DNA of 45,005 nucleotides from a virus (taxonomy: Duplodnaviria; Heunggongvirae; Uroviricota; Caudoviricetes). Of this stretch, positions 28,165 to 38,457 are shown one piece after another; position 1 is the stretch's first letter, and each line of letters starts with the position of its first letter. Position numbers and translations under genes: made by a program. The notes beneath the pieces are model-generated. The model was not told the origin of the DNA, did no database searches, and saw only the letters and a list, made by a program, of their open reading frames with translations. Location: positions 1 to 45,005 of IMG/VR virus record IMGVR_UViG_2778261502_000007, one strand, 5' to 3'.

Positions 28165-28601
28165 AACTCTGTTTTGGTGTTATCGACCAGCCGTATGACT
28201 ACGGCGACGAACCGGGAAAAACCACGTTCGACGTGGCCTGTGACCTCGAGGAGAGATACGAAATTTTTACGCACTTCTGGGAAATGCATAAGGACGAGAT
28301 TATCCAGGAGGCAGGTACTGAACTGGCGTACCAGTTGGTCAATCACCTTAAGCATAAGGCTCCGCTACCAGGCGAGCATTTTCTGGAAGGGACTGAGAAG
28401 ATTTTCCATATTTTTCTTGAAACTGAAGAAATGGCCGGGATGACGATTAACGGAAACCCTGTGCCAACTCAGGCCGCGCTACTGGGCGTTAACTCCAGGC
28501 TTAAGGACAAATATACCGGGGAGCGGCGTCCGTCATTCATAGACGGCGGCCTGTTTAAGGGCAGCTTTATAGCGTGGATAGATAACAATGCCGAGTCTTG
28601 A
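28161..28601 (+). CDS. Head-tail joining / neck protein (putative)
   Basis: Position and size only; overlapping starts. Confidence 0.3.
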   Translation: MKLCFGVIDQPYDYGDEPGKTTFDVACDLEERYEIFTHFWEMHKDEIIQEAGTELAYQLVNHLKHKAPLPGEHFLEGTEKIFHIFLETEEMAGMTINGNPVPTQAALLGVNSRLKDKYTGERRPSFIDGGLFKGSFIAWIDNNAES

Positions 28602-29532
28602 TGAATTAGCCGAACAGCACAGTTCGCAGCTCTCATCCGTTCTTAAATCCGCAGTTGAAACCATCTCGTCAGACCAGGAAATCACATTCAGGCTTTATGT
28701 CCGGCAGGTTCTGCCGCTGGATGGTTTTGTCTATTGGGTTAATGCGGAAATCATCAGTTGCGATGAACTGTGTCGCCTGAATATTGAGTCACCAACTCGT
28801 CTGAAAATCAAAGGCAGCCTGCATCGTCAGGTTATTGCGATTCAGGACGAGTCTGTCTCGAAGGATGTGAACAACATTATTTTCACGCCTGTTCAGCAGG
28901 TTGATGATTTTAATGTGGAAAATCCCGATGCGATCTATCTCGGTGAGTACTGCGGCGTCCAGTTCGCTTTTTCACGAATGGAGAGCCGCTATCAGCAGTC
29001 GGGTATTTTTCATTATCGCGGCATGGCGATTTTACCAACTATGCGTTCTCAGATTATCGACTGCGAGGAGGATATCAGCGACGAGCAGATCATCTCCAAC
29101 AGCATCCCGATCTGGCTGCAAATGAAAGATGCCGCGACCGTGTATCCGTCTTACCTGGTACCTCAGAACCTTCGTCCTCCGTATATCGCGGTGGATGTTC
29201 GCAACAGCATTCCGTTGCAGGTGGCTCCCATTGTTTTCGGTGGTGAGCGATTCCAGCTCGTCCAGGATTCGGTTCGCCTGACGCTTTACGGATTCAGCAA
29301 CAAAATGGCGCTGGATCTTGTCGACTCGGTGGTGAACAGGGCGCTGGAGGAGGAAAAGTTTGGTGTAACTAATATTCCGGTGGTTCAGGACGCAAAGTCG
29401 GGACAGGTTGAAATCAACGCTCTGGCGAAGAAAAAGATTGTCGATTTTGACGTGAATTACTACCAGAGCACCGCCCGGGAAATATCCCGGCAGTTGATTG
29501 AAAAAGTTATTTGTAAATATGAGGTTAAATAA
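28588..29532 (+). CDS. Virion structural protein (neck or tail terminator candidate)
   Basis: 314 aa between head-tail genes and sheath. Confidence 0.3.
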   Translation: MPSLDELAEQHSSQLSSVLKSAVETISSDQEITFRLYVRQVLPLDGFVYWVNAEIISCDELCRLNIESPTRLKIKGSLHRQVIAIQDESVSKDVNNIIFTPVQQVDDFNVENPDAIYLGEYCGVQFAFSRMESRYQQSGIFHYRGMAILPTMRSQIIDCEEDISDEQIISNSIPIWLQMKDAATVYPSYLVPQNLRPPYIAVDVRNSIPLQVAPIVFGGERFQLVQDSVRLTLYGFSNKMALDLVDSVVNRALEEEKFGVTNIPVVQDAKSGQVEINALAKKKIVDFDVNYYQSTAREISRQLIEKVICKYEVK

Positions 29533-30869
29533 TGGGATTTAATATCGTCACGGTGAATGTGTCCCAGACCATCGGGGCTATACCCTCGAATTTGCAGCAG
29601 ATGTCTGCGGTTCTCTCGTTTGGCTCCACGACTAATGAGCCGGGGAAGCCTGTATTACTCACCAGCAATCAGGATATTAACGATCTGGTTAAAAATCCGA
29701 TTGCTGCGTTGTCGGCGGCTGCCGCAGGAAAATCTGCGGCAAACGTCACCGTTACGATGACGCTTCCGGAAGGGAGCAACATCCGACGCGAAAACAGTTC
29801 TGAGGTGAAAATTGTTGTTTCCGGGTGTTCGCCCGACGCGTGGAATGGCGAATATACTGCTACCGTCACGGATGAAAAAACACTGACCTGGACGATTGCT
29901 GATTCTCAGCTTTCCGGTTCGCCAGTGACACTGGGGCAGTTTTCCATTGTCGGCAGTGAAAATCTGGTGACGGCAGTAAACATGTTTTTTGCCCAGGGAA
30001 ATTCAGTTGGGATTTACCTGCTGGAGCTGGGAGTACAGAAAGGCGGGGTCAGTAAGGAAATCGCTGCACTGAAAGCTTATATGGAAGATCCGCTCCTGCG
30101 GTTTTATGCGTATCTGGTGCCGCAGCCGTGGGATGGTGACGCAGAATTTATCAGTCTGGCAAAACTCCACACCGCCAACGAAGCGATGCAGTATTTCTTC
30201 GTGCTGACGAAAACGCCGGACGACACGAATTACGTTTCGCCTTATGCCGGTATTAAGTCGGTTATTGCAACGGCGGATGATACGTACCCGGCGACAAACG
30301 CGGCAGCAGCCGTAATGTGGAACTATGTTTCCGCATCACCTTCAGAAATCAACAAGGTGCCGCCGATGGCATTTCGCTATCTGCAGGCGGTAAATGCCCA
30401 CAAGGGCAAAAATTCCATTCTGACCACGATGACGAAGCAGAATATTAACTACGTCGACACGGGGGCTGAGGGTGGAATTTCCAACACGATTCTGGTGAAA
30501 GGCGTTACCAGTGACGGTAACGATATGACGTACTGGTATTCCGTGGACTGGGTGCAGATTAATGTCGATATGCAGCTCGCCAACACGGTGATCAACGGCA
30601 GCAATAACCCAATTAACCCGCTTTACTACAACCAGGACGGGATCGACCGTCTACAGCAGGTCGCACAGGCGGTGTTCAATACGGGCGTATCTTACGGCCT
30701 GGTCAACGGTCAGCCTGTCGTCGATGCAGTGCCTTTCCGCCAGTATATCAACACTAATCCGAATGATTACGGTATCGGGCGTTATGCGGGCCTTTCGGCC
30801 TCCTATACGCCGATGCGCGGATTTGTCGAAATCATTTTTAACATCAATGTGACAATGCAGCTTTCGTGA
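29532..30869 (+). CDS. Tail sheath protein (putative)
   Basis: 445 aa followed by 147 aa tube-like gene, chaperone with frameshift, then tape measure. Confidence 0.5.
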   Translation: MGFNIVTVNVSQTIGAIPSNLQQMSAVLSFGSTTNEPGKPVLLTSNQDINDLVKNPIAALSAAAAGKSAANVTVTMTLPEGSNIRRENSSEVKIVVSGCSPDAWNGEYTATVTDEKTLTWTIADSQLSGSPVTLGQFSIVGSENLVTAVNMFFAQGNSVGIYLLELGVQKGGVSKEIAALKAYMEDPLLRFYAYLVPQPWDGDAEFISLAKLHTANEAMQYFFVLTKTPDDTNYVSPYAGIKSVIATADDTYPATNAAAAVMWNYVSASPSEINKVPPMAFRYLQAVNAHKGKNSILTTMTKQNINYVDTGAEGGISNTILVKGVTSDGNDMTYWYSVDWVQINVDMQLANTVINGSNNPINPLYYNQDGIDRLQQVAQAVFNTGVSYGLVNGQPVVDAVPFRQYINTNPNDYGIGRYAGLSASYTPMRGFVEIIFNINVTMQLS

Positions 30870-30880
30870 GGGACTGAACC

Positions 30881-31324
30881 GTGCCTAATCCAATGATCCC
30901 CGTTGGCACCCTTAACCGGGTTCGCGCCAGCGTTAAATTCACCTCTCATTCCGAACTGAATGTGTCCGCCTCATTTCTGGCAAAAGAAGGCGTCGAATTG
31001 TCCTTTCAGGGCAATATCACGGAGTTTTTACCTGCTATGACGGGAGCCGTGCAGTCGCCGCAGCCATACATGATTTTACAGGCGCGTGTTCATCTGCTGC
31101 GTAGCCAGGCGCTGGGAAAACAATTCAAGGCGCAATGGGAAAAGAACGCCACGATCGGCGACGCAAAAGTGTATAGCGACAGCACGGTATTCGGTGACTT
31201 CGATATCTATAACACGGCGATCACCAACGTGCAGGATATGACCTTCGCCGGGGGCGAGCCGGGTGTGGCCATCACCATTACCGGTACGTATTACATCAAC
31301 TCTGAAATGTGGGATCTGGTATGA
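30881..31324 (+). CDS. Tail tube protein (putative)
   Basis: 147 aa between sheath and chaperone. Confidence 0.5.
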   Translation: MPNPMIPVGTLNRVRASVKFTSHSELNVSASFLAKEGVELSFQGNITEFLPAMTGAVQSPQPYMILQARVHLLRSQALGKQFKAQWEKNATIGDAKVYSDSTVFGDFDIYNTAITNVQDMTFAGGEPGVAITITGTYYINSEMWDLV

Positions 31325-31938
31325 AAATCTCCCGAAATCTGAATCTGATTATTCCTGTCCGGACAGAAAAGGGTAATGGCTGGATCCATGCCACGCCGAT
31401 CAGCAAAGAGGTGTTTAAAGAGCATTTCTTCATTCTGAGTAAAACTTTTTCTGCCATTTTTTCTGAAGGTCTTGGCGTCGTTGCGGGTCCGCGTATCGCC
31501 TGCCTTATGCTGGAAAGGATCTCCTCAGATATGAATATCTGGGATGGCGAAAAGGGCGTTCGCAATACGCTCGTGAATGAAATCATTCGCCTTGCGAATC
31601 TGGTTTACCCAGCCGAAGGGAAAGGCTACGACACGATCCCGCTTGATATGGCGCTGGAGCGCGGCATCGTTGAATTTGATGATGTGGCAGGTGAACTCGT
31701 TTTTTTTACATGCGTCTCGTCGATAAACACACCGGAGCAGACGGAACAGATGATGCTGGCAGTCAGTGGAATGTGGAACAGTCGCATTTCATCCTTGAGT
31801 CTTACGGAATGGATTGCTTCATTGCCGACATTGAAGCCTGTCGCCAGTTCTGGCGCGACGGCGAGCACGTTATCAGCGACATCCTCGACTACTCAGCCGG
31901 AGACGGATTCAGCGACATCTGGGCAAATTCCGGTCTGA
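31309..31938 (+). CDS. Tail assembly chaperone
   Basis: Immediately upstream of tape measure; contains slippery heptamer. Confidence 0.55.
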   Translation: MGSGMKISRNLNLIIPVRTEKGNGWIHATPISKEVFKEHFFILSKTFSAIFSEGLGVVAGPRIACLMLERISSDMNIWDGEKGVRNTLVNEIIRLANLVYPAEGKGYDTIPLDMALERGIVEFDDVAGELVFFTCVSSINTPEQTEQMMLAVSGMWNSRISSLSLTEWIASLPTLKPVASSGATASTLSATSSTTQPETDSATSGQIPV

Positions 31939-32012
31939 ATGTAAAAACAGCAGCTCAGTTTCGTGAGCTGCGTAAATGCACGACGCCGGGAGGTGTATTG
32001 AATGTCAGGTAA
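31695..32012 (+). CDS. -1 frame extension of tail chaperone (frameshift product, candidate)
   Basis: -1 frame open from 31695, joins track ORF 31710..32012; slip site T TTT TTT at 31701-31707. Confidence 0.45.
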   Translation, partial: TRFFYMRLVDKHTGADGTDDAGSQWNVEQSHFILESYGMDCFIADIEACRQFWRDGEHVISDILDYSAGDGFSDIWANSGLNVKTAAQFRELRKCTTPGGVLNVR

Positions 32013-33990
32013 TCAGATGCCGGTTCTGACACTGGACGTTAATGAAGAACGTCTTAAGCGACTTGAGGCGATATTTGAAAAGTATCGCAACGGGCTGATG
32101 ATTGGCCCTGCCGGTACGCCTCTTAAAATACCTTCAAATACAGGTCCGGGAGGTGGCGTCCGGCAGACAACTACAGGCGGAGAAGCCAATCAGGCTCCCA
32201 GGAAACCATCTTCACCCGCGCCAGTTTCGGCTGCTTCCACTGATGGACGTTTAAGGGATGAAAAAGGGCGCTTTGTTGGAAGCGGGAAAACACCTGATTC
32301 GCTGGTGAGCAACTATAAAGGTCGCGGCGAAACGATGTTTGATAAGTACCTCAGCGGGCTGGGTAAAAACGCTCAGGGGACGCTGAAAACTTACAAACAG
32401 ATCAATTCAACGCTTAAAACGACTAATTCCCGGTTAAAAAGCCTGTTTAAAACCACGGTTTCGTGGGGGGCGAAAATAGCTGCAATAGGGGTTGCGGGGC
32501 CGTTTGGCTACGGCTATATGGCAAGTAAAGTCGCGGCACAGTATAGCGTAGCTCAGGGTTTAGGGATGGAAACCGCCCAAATGCAGGCCGCACGTGCCAC
32601 CTATTCGCCATATTTTTCTGGCACAGAAGAGCTGGTTCAGCATCTGGCTAACGCACAGAAAAACCCGAACGATCCAAACTATGCTGGCCTGGTTAGTCTT
32701 GGAATTGATCCGCGAGATGGTGCTGCAAAGAATCTGCCCAAACTTATGAGCGCGCTTGCATCTCTCGTTAAGCAATATAAAGGTTCAGGACTTACTCAGG
32801 GGATTCTCAACGGACAAGGGCTTGGATTTGTTGATGTCGCGACAACTAACCAGATGGAAGCGAATCTGGACAAGATCCCCCAACTGAATGAGAAATTTGC
32901 AGCAAATACCAGGTTACTCGGCACTTACCTCACGCCAGCTATGCAGTCAGGTTATCAGGACACGGTGAGTAACCTGATGGTAAATGGAAACAGAATATCA
33001 AATTCCTGGTATGCAGCTCTCGCCAGATATAACCCACTAATCAGAGGTGCATCAGATGGACTGACATCCAATATTGAAGGTTTTCTGAATGGTGGAAATT
33101 TTAAAAAAATTCTCACTGAGGCTGGCGAAGGGCTGGAGAAACTTGGTAAGTGGCTGAATAGCGAACAATTTAAAAATGATCTTGACGATTTTTCTCTGGC
33201 GGTGAGCCGGATTGCAAAAGCAATATGGTCAGCTATCAAATGGATCGGTGGGGAAGATAAATATCTCCCCGGAACCGGAGTTGGTGCTGAACAGGCAGAT
33301 CCAGTTCTTGCGGCATTTGGGAATAAATATCTCGGTGGTGCGTTGCCGGGAGCAAACCCGATGACAAATCAGTATACGGGTGAGTTTTATAAACAGGATG
33401 ATGTATATAAAAATTACCATATGCCTAATGATTTAAAGAGAAATATTCAGAACTTTGTAGAGCAAGCCAATAATACTTATCGACTTCCTAAAAATATGAT
33501 GTCAGCTATTGCGGAGGTTGAATCTTCGTGGAATCCTCTTGCAAGAGGAACTCCAGATGAAAAAGGTAGATTCGCTAAGGGGTTGTGGCAATTCTGGGAT
33601 AGCACCGCAAAACAGTATGGTCTGGTGGGTGATGATGTTTATGACCCAAATAAATCCACTCTTGCGGCTGGCCGCTTTTTAAATGATCTGAATCGGCGTT
33701 ATAAAGGCGATGTGGCAAAAATGCTTACGGCATATAACGGAGGTCGTATTGATAGAGATGGAAATCTAAGTTTGAGAATGGAGACTGTAAAATATTTAAT
33801 TAAATTATTGCCTCAGATACAGGGAGCCTTGGATCAACACCCTGGTATTATGAATCAGCTAAGAAATGCCAGAGATAACCTTCAGGGTGCTGGCAAAAAT
33901 GCCCGCGCAATAATTGAGCTTCAGGTGCGACAATCGCCGGGTTCCGACATACTGGCACAACTCGCCGGAACGCAACAAATACCGGGGTAA
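32002..33990 (+). CDS. Tail tape measure protein with lytic transglycosylase-like motif
   Basis: 662 aa, Gly-rich and helical; motif AIAEVESSWNPLARG...GLWQF resembles SLT catalytic region. Confidence 0.6.
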   Translation: MSGNQMPVLTLDVNEERLKRLEAIFEKYRNGLMIGPAGTPLKIPSNTGPGGGVRQTTTGGEANQAPRKPSSPAPVSAASTDGRLRDEKGRFVGSGKTPDSLVSNYKGRGETMFDKYLSGLGKNAQGTLKTYKQINSTLKTTNSRLKSLFKTTVSWGAKIAAIGVAGPFGYGYMASKVAAQYSVAQGLGMETAQMQAARATYSPYFSGTEELVQHLANAQKNPNDPNYAGLVSLGIDPRDGAAKNLPKLMSALASLVKQYKGSGLTQGILNGQGLGFVDVATTNQMEANLDKIPQLNEKFAANTRLLGTYLTPAMQSGYQDTVSNLMVNGNRISNSWYAALARYNPLIRGASDGLTSNIEGFLNGGNFKKILTEAGEGLEKLGKWLNSEQFKNDLDDFSLAVSRIAKAIWSAIKWIGGEDKYLPGTGVGAEQADPVLAAFGNKYLGGALPGANPMTNQYTGEFYKQDDVYKNYHMPNDLKRNIQNFVEQANNTYRLPKNMMSAIAEVESSWNPLARGTPDEKGRFAKGLWQFWDSTAKQYGLVGDDVYDPNKSTLAAGRFLNDLNRRYKGDVAKMLTAYNGGRIDRDGNLSLRMETVKYLIKLLPQIQGALDQHPGIMNQLRNARDNLQGAGKNARAIIELQVRQSPGSDILAQLAGTQQIPG

Positions 33991-33993
33991 AAG

Positions 33994-34662
33994 ATGTCAC
34001 TTAATTACTTTGGACAAGCTTTCAAACTGGCGTTTGAAGTTTCGCCCATTCTTTTAGTTGATGGCATAGCGTCGAAAATTCCCGGCGGGGTGATGCCGAT
34101 TGTTGTTCTGACCGAAGGACTAAGTATCGCGAACGGTCTGCTGCATGGAGAGATTCATACACGCTCGATGGCGGCATTCACGCCAATGGCCGGGACAACG
34201 CTGGTCCAGCAGGATATTTGCAACCTGAATTTCTATAACCAGGTAACGGCAGCGAATGCGACCGTCAGGAAGCCCAATCGGGTAGTCATGCAGATGATCC
34301 GTCCGGCATCAACGGAGGACGGTGGCTACACCACTAAGGGGATGACGTTTACGGCGCTGAAAATGGCGCTTGATATGCATAACCAGTATGGCGGTTGCTA
34401 CACCGTTCTGACTCCCTCGTTTATCTACACGCGCTGTCTGATGCGGTCGTTTATCGATACATCCGGTTTCTCTGAGCAGAACAAGCAGGTTCAGCACACC
34501 TGGCAGATTGAGTTTGAGCAACCATTATCGTCTGTCGAACAAACGGTAAAAACGCTGGCGAGCGTTCTGGATAAATTTGATAAAGGGATGCCGTCAGACG
34601 GGCCGCTATCGTGGTCAGGTATTAAGAACCAGGTCGTGCAGGAGTTTGGTATTGGCTTATGA
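33994..34662 (+). CDS. Tail/baseplate assembly protein (unassigned)
   Basis: Position after tape measure. Confidence 0.35.
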   Translation: MSLNYFGQAFKLAFEVSPILLVDGIASKIPGGVMPIVVLTEGLSIANGLLHGEIHTRSMAAFTPMAGTTLVQQDICNLNFYNQVTAANATVRKPNRVVMQMIRPASTEDGGYTTKGMTFTALKMALDMHNQYGGCYTVLTPSFIYTRCLMRSFIDTSGFSEQNKQVQHTWQIEFEQPLSSVEQTVKTLASVLDKFDKGMPSDGPLSWSGIKNQVVQEFGIGL

Positions 34663-34925
34663 CAACGTTAATTCCTTTCAAACCAGACGGGCGAGGTCCG
34701 TTTCAGTTCACGGCCAGAATCGGAGAATATGAAACATTCGCCCGCGTTCCGTTTAACCTGTATGCAAATCGTTACTACCTGGAACTGAAAGACAGTTCTG
34801 GAGACGTGATTGTTTACATGCCGCTGATTGCGTCACCTGACAGTTACGACATCAATCTGGCGCTGCCTTGCTCACCGGGGAAACTTGTTTTTCGCGAAAG
34901 TACGAATCAGTTTGAGGTTTCGTAA
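34659..34925 (+). CDS. Small tail/baseplate protein
   Basis: 88 aa, overlapping starts. Confidence 0.3.
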   Translation: MTTLIPFKPDGRGPFQFTARIGEYETFARVPFNLYANRYYLELKDSSGDVIVYMPLIASPDSYDINLALPCSPGKLVFRESTNQFEVS

Positions 34926-35932
34926 TGCGTTATTACCGACTGGAAATTATTAATCCTAAAACAGGCAAGCCGCCAGTGGATAGCAATGGAAAACCCATTG
35001 GACCTTTTGATACCAGTGAAACACCAGGATGTGGGTTGCATGTTGAATTTGACTTTGAAGTAACCGGCCTGGATGTAGTCTGTTCGGGCACGATGCTGAC
35101 GATCTATGGATTACCAATTGACATGCTGAAGCAAAGTGTAAGCTTGCAGGGGGGGCTGGTCCGTATGAAAGCAGGCTTTGTTCAGGGGTTACCACTGGCA
35201 AATAAGGATCAACAGGGGGAGGTAATCTATGGTGAAATTTATCTGGCCTATGCCAACTGGATCGGCACGAACCAGACTTTAAACCTGGTAATAAATCCAA
35301 GCATACGCAAAACCGATGACGGTAAACCTTTTTCAATTGAGGGGCAGGGGGAAGCAGGCGAAAGGGTTGGCGATGTTTTAGTCCGCGCTTTGCAAAAAGC
35401 ATATCCCAATAAATTGATTGATTGCACAGTCAGCGACAACCTGGTTTTGCCAGAGCCGTGGACGGGTAAATATACGGAGATTGGTTCTCTGGCTATGGTC
35501 GTAAAAAACGCTTCTATTGCGATGATGCGTAATGAAAGGTATAGCGGAATCGCGATCAGTATTCTTTCCGACAGAATACGAATCTACGATAACGCATCAG
35601 CAAAGTGGGGTGAGCCAAAAACAATTCATGCCCATGAACTGGTCGGGCAGCCGACATGGATAGCGCCGTTTACCGTCAGCTTCAAATGCCCGATGAGGGG
35701 CGATATCAGATGTGGTGATGTGGTTAATTTGCCGGAGGGGCTTTATTCGGGCGCCGCGTCGATAGTGATGGCTAATACAATGGCTCCTGGCGTTATCTCC
35801 AAAAACTCGACCACGTTTACCGGGAAATTTCTTGTGAAATCGGTCAGACACATTGGTTCGTATCTGACAGCCGATGGCGATGCCTGGGTGACGGTATTCG
35901 AGGCATATGCTGAGAACTGGGCGAGGGTGTAA
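34925..35932 (+). CDS. Baseplate hub-like protein (gpD/Mu P-like, putative)
   Basis: 335 aa, position relative to spike. Confidence 0.35.
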   Translation: MRYYRLEIINPKTGKPPVDSNGKPIGPFDTSETPGCGLHVEFDFEVTGLDVVCSGTMLTIYGLPIDMLKQSVSLQGGLVRMKAGFVQGLPLANKDQQGEVIYGEIYLAYANWIGTNQTLNLVINPSIRKTDDGKPFSIEGQGEAGERVGDVLVRALQKAYPNKLIDCTVSDNLVLPEPWTGKYTEIGSLAMVVKNASIAMMRNERYSGIAISILSDRIRIYDNASAKWGEPKTIHAHELVGQPTWIAPFTVSFKCPMRGDIRCGDVVNLPEGLYSGAASIVMANTMAPGVISKNSTTFTGKFLVKSVRHIGSYLTADGDAWVTVFEAYAENWARV

Positions 35933-36645
35933 TGTCAAACGCTCAAAAATTACCGTTTCTCCGAACGCTGTCGGAGATGATGACCAGTTCTGGTAACCAG
36001 CAAGCCGAGCTTAAAGGTCGTGAATTGCCCTGCCATGTTGTAGATGTCAGTGGGCAGATAGTGACCGTTCAGTTTGATATGTTGCCAGAGGGGATCAACT
36101 TTCCGCAGATAACAATCCCTGTCGCCACATTCCCGTATATCCGTTACCCGATACAGCCGGGTGATCGAGGAGTAACAATTTCCGCTGATGTATCCCTGCG
36201 CGGTGTGTCCGGGTTGGGAACAGGTATGGCGACACTCTCTTACTCGATGTCGCTCACTCCACTATTTTTCGTGCCACTGGCAAACAAGGAATGGTCCGAC
36301 GAAGATCCGCAAAAAATCGTTTTGTACGGTCCTGACGGCGCAATTCTCAAAACAGAGGATGGCAGTAGCTCGGTAACGGTGGCTCCGGAAGAAATCAGGC
36401 AAAAGTCGAAAGCTGTTTACCTCGAGGCCGAAGATATTTTCCTGAACGGGAAAATTCACCTCAACGGACCGATCGTCCAGGACAAAGCCCAGATGAAGGA
36501 TACAACCGCTTCGCTGATTGGTCCTCTCAAGGTCGAGAAGGATGCAGTTATCAACGGCGTGAGCGTCAGCGGCCACAGTCACGATGTGACTGGCGTTCAA
36601 AGCGGCGGCAGCACGATTACGTCGAAGCAACCAAATCCGGGTTAA
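35932..36645 (+). CDS. Baseplate spike-like protein (gpV-like, putative)
   Basis: 237 aa; beta-rich C-terminus. Confidence 0.35.
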   Translation: MSNAQKLPFLRTLSEMMTSSGNQQAELKGRELPCHVVDVSGQIVTVQFDMLPEGINFPQITIPVATFPYIRYPIQPGDRGVTISADVSLRGVSGLGTGMATLSYSMSLTPLFFVPLANKEWSDEDPQKIVLYGPDGAILKTEDGSSSVTVAPEEIRQKSKAVYLEAEDIFLNGKIHLNGPIVQDKAQMKDTTASLIGPLKVEKDAVINGVSVSGHSHDVTGVQSGGSTITSKQPNPG

Positions 36646-36682
36646 TACCGGTTTATTTCACTTTAAATTCTATCCATAAAGC

Positions 36683-36725
36683 GAAAGCCCCGAACTGTTG
36701 CAGCAGTTGGGGCTTTTTGTTTCTG
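36683..36725 (+). terminator. Intrinsic terminator inside tail operon
   Basis: GCCCC(G)AACTG-loop-CAGTTGGGGC plus TTTTTG. Confidence 0.5.
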
Positions 36726-36771
36726 ACCTTGAATACGGCAAGGGATAATTACGTATGTTTGGAGGTCTTCC

Positions 36772-36939
36772 GTGATTAATTTTAGCGGAGGAGACTGGAT
36801 TGTGGAAGCTCTAAAATTGCTCGAAAGAAGTCCGGTTCTAAGAAGAATGTTTTATACAGTTCTTATAGTTATCGGAGGGTTTGCTGTTGCTAAATCTCTT
36901 CCGGGAATCGCAGAGATCATAAAGGTTCTAAATGGATAG
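36772..36939 (+). CDS. Small hydrophobic protein in AT-rich patch (about 55 aa; alternative GTG 36800)
   Basis: GTG starts each after GGAGG; segment MFYTVLIVIGGFAVAKSL; local AT-richness. Confidence 0.3.
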   Translation: MINFSGGDWIVEALKLLERSPVLRRMFYTVLIVIGGFAVAKSLPGIAEIIKVLNG

Positions 36940-37002
36940 CGAACTGATTCCTAAGGCTAAGACAACTCCGCAAGGAGCAGATAAAGCTGTGAGGATAATC
37001 GT

Positions 37003-37350
37003 ATGAGAACATGGGGCCGCGTCACCGACGCGAACGGCAACAAAAAATGGGTTGCTGTAGAATCTGACGCCAACGGTGATTTCTCCTACGGCTGGCTGAC
37101 GACGCTCATTCAGACGTTAAAGCTGGGGTTGGGGGAGTCGCCGTTTTACGCGAATTACGGTATTCCAGCGCAGCAGTGCATCGTGCAGCAAATTTACCCG
37201 GACTACTATGTGAACATGGTTCAGCAACAGTTTGCCGGGTATTTTGCATCACTGGCAATTTCAAGGGGAGATGGGACTGAGAACCCCACCTATAACATCG
37301 ATGTTGTGTTTTTTAATGGGACCAGCTACCGTACGCAGGTTCCGACATGA
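37003..37350 (+). CDS. Baseplate wedge gp25/W-like protein (putative)
   Basis: 115 aa; GESPFYANYGIP resembles gp25-family PFxPxFG motif; SD GAGGATAA. Confidence 0.4.
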   Translation: MRTWGRVTDANGNKKWVAVESDANGDFSYGWLTTLIQTLKLGLGESPFYANYGIPAQQCIVQQIYPDYYVNMVQQQFAGYFASLAISRGDGTENPTYNIDVVFFNGTSYRTQVPT

Positions 37351-37403
37351 AAGCATGTTTTTACTTGCCTGATGCAGTCGGTGACTCTAAACTCTGCGGA
37401 CTT

Positions 37404-37452
37404 TTGTATCTGGCTAAAGTAAAAATCGTGGTATATAGTCGTTAACAACGAC
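37404..37452 (+). promoter_or_regulatory. Extended -10 promoter plus 15 bp perfect palindrome operator
   Basis: TGGTATATA at 37429-37437; GTCGTTAACAACGAC at 37438-37452; GAGGGA SD; ATG 37466. Confidence 0.5.
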
Positions 37453-37465
37453 TGAGGGACAAGAC

Positions 37466-38038
37466 ATGGCAATAGGTTACGCATTCGCATTGGCGGCAAT
37501 TACGCAGCAGGTTAATCAGATTAATGAATCTGTTAATGGTGCGTTTCTTCCGTTGATCTCAAATGCCTGTGAAATGCCGCAGAGACTTAATGCTGAAGAA
37601 GCTTTCAGACGTTGTTCTGCAATTGCCGGGCTATCTCAGGAAGTTGAAAACACTGCTACCGCAGGAATGCGTCATCTTGAAGCGTTCCGTGATGGAAAGT
37701 TAGTGGCGGATAACCTTCCAGAGGATTTTTTGCCGCATCTTGACGGTTTGGCAAAAGCATGTCGCGGTGCGAAAATTCACATCGTGGAGATGTTTTCGGT
37801 CGCGGAAAAATCGCCGATGTGGCAGGGGCATTTGGGCATACTTCGTCCGCTGAAACGGAAGTATGTACGCGCCTTAACTGCCGTTGAAAATACTGCTGTT
37901 CAACTGGCCGCAGAAGTTAAACAGGTTTTACCTGCGCGGCCAGAATCTTTACCATCTCAAGTTACTCGCGAAGAGGCGATTAATCTGATTACAGCATCCC
38001 ACAAAATGCTGGGCGTCAACACACCGAAATGGATGTGA
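37466..38038 (+). CDS. Hypothetical 190 aa protein, upstream partner of YafO-like gene
   Basis: Predicted helical, no recognisable DNA-binding motif; stop 1 nt before next start. Confidence 0.5.
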   Translation: MAIGYAFALAAITQQVNQINESVNGAFLPLISNACEMPQRLNAEEAFRRCSAIAGLSQEVENTATAGMRHLEAFRDGKLVADNLPEDFLPHLDGLAKACRGAKIHIVEMFSVAEKSPMWQGHLGILRPLKRKYVRALTAVENTAVQLAAEVKQVLPARPESLPSQVTREEAINLITASHKMLGVNTPKWM

Positions 38039-38039
38039 T

Positions 38040-38456
38040 ATGGCGAAGGTCAGTATAACAGGTGAGTTGTGCCATCTCGCGGCTGCGCACAAATACGCGC
38101 AAATGCTGGCAGATTTTCTTTCAAATGGTTCACAATACTGGTGTTTTGGTTCGCTTGGTGGTTTCGAAAGAAATTATGATGCGATGGCCGCGAACATCAG
38201 AAAAATACACTTAAAGTTACCTGGTGATAAACCATGGCCTCCAGATGCGCCGTTAAGTGCAAGAACCTGTGATAATTTCCTTGTTTTCGCACAGCACCTT
38301 TACGATGATGAGCACTACCAGATTCTTGCAATCATAAACCCTGATGCACATCAGCGTGTGGATGCGATGCTTCCACGACTGGTAAGGCTTGCAGAGGAAA
38401 AATTTATTGAACTTTCCTCTGATGAGTTAGCCAGGCTAAAAACCTATGACGCTTGA
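38040..38456 (+). CDS. YafO-like toxin family protein (138 aa)
   Basis: Pattern ADFLS...FG...IRKIHLKL...PWPPD...FLVF...DDEHYQILAIINPDAH parallels E. coli YafO as recalled (ADFIS...HIHL...PFPP...HLVY...DEQAWLLIAILKPEPH). Confidence 0.5.
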   Translation: MAKVSITGELCHLAAAHKYAQMLADFLSNGSQYWCFGSLGGFERNYDAMAANIRKIHLKLPGDKPWPPDAPLSARTCDNFLVFAQHLYDDEHYQILAIINPDAHQRVDAMLPRLVRLAEEKFIELSSDELARLKTYDA

Positions 38457-38457
38457 A

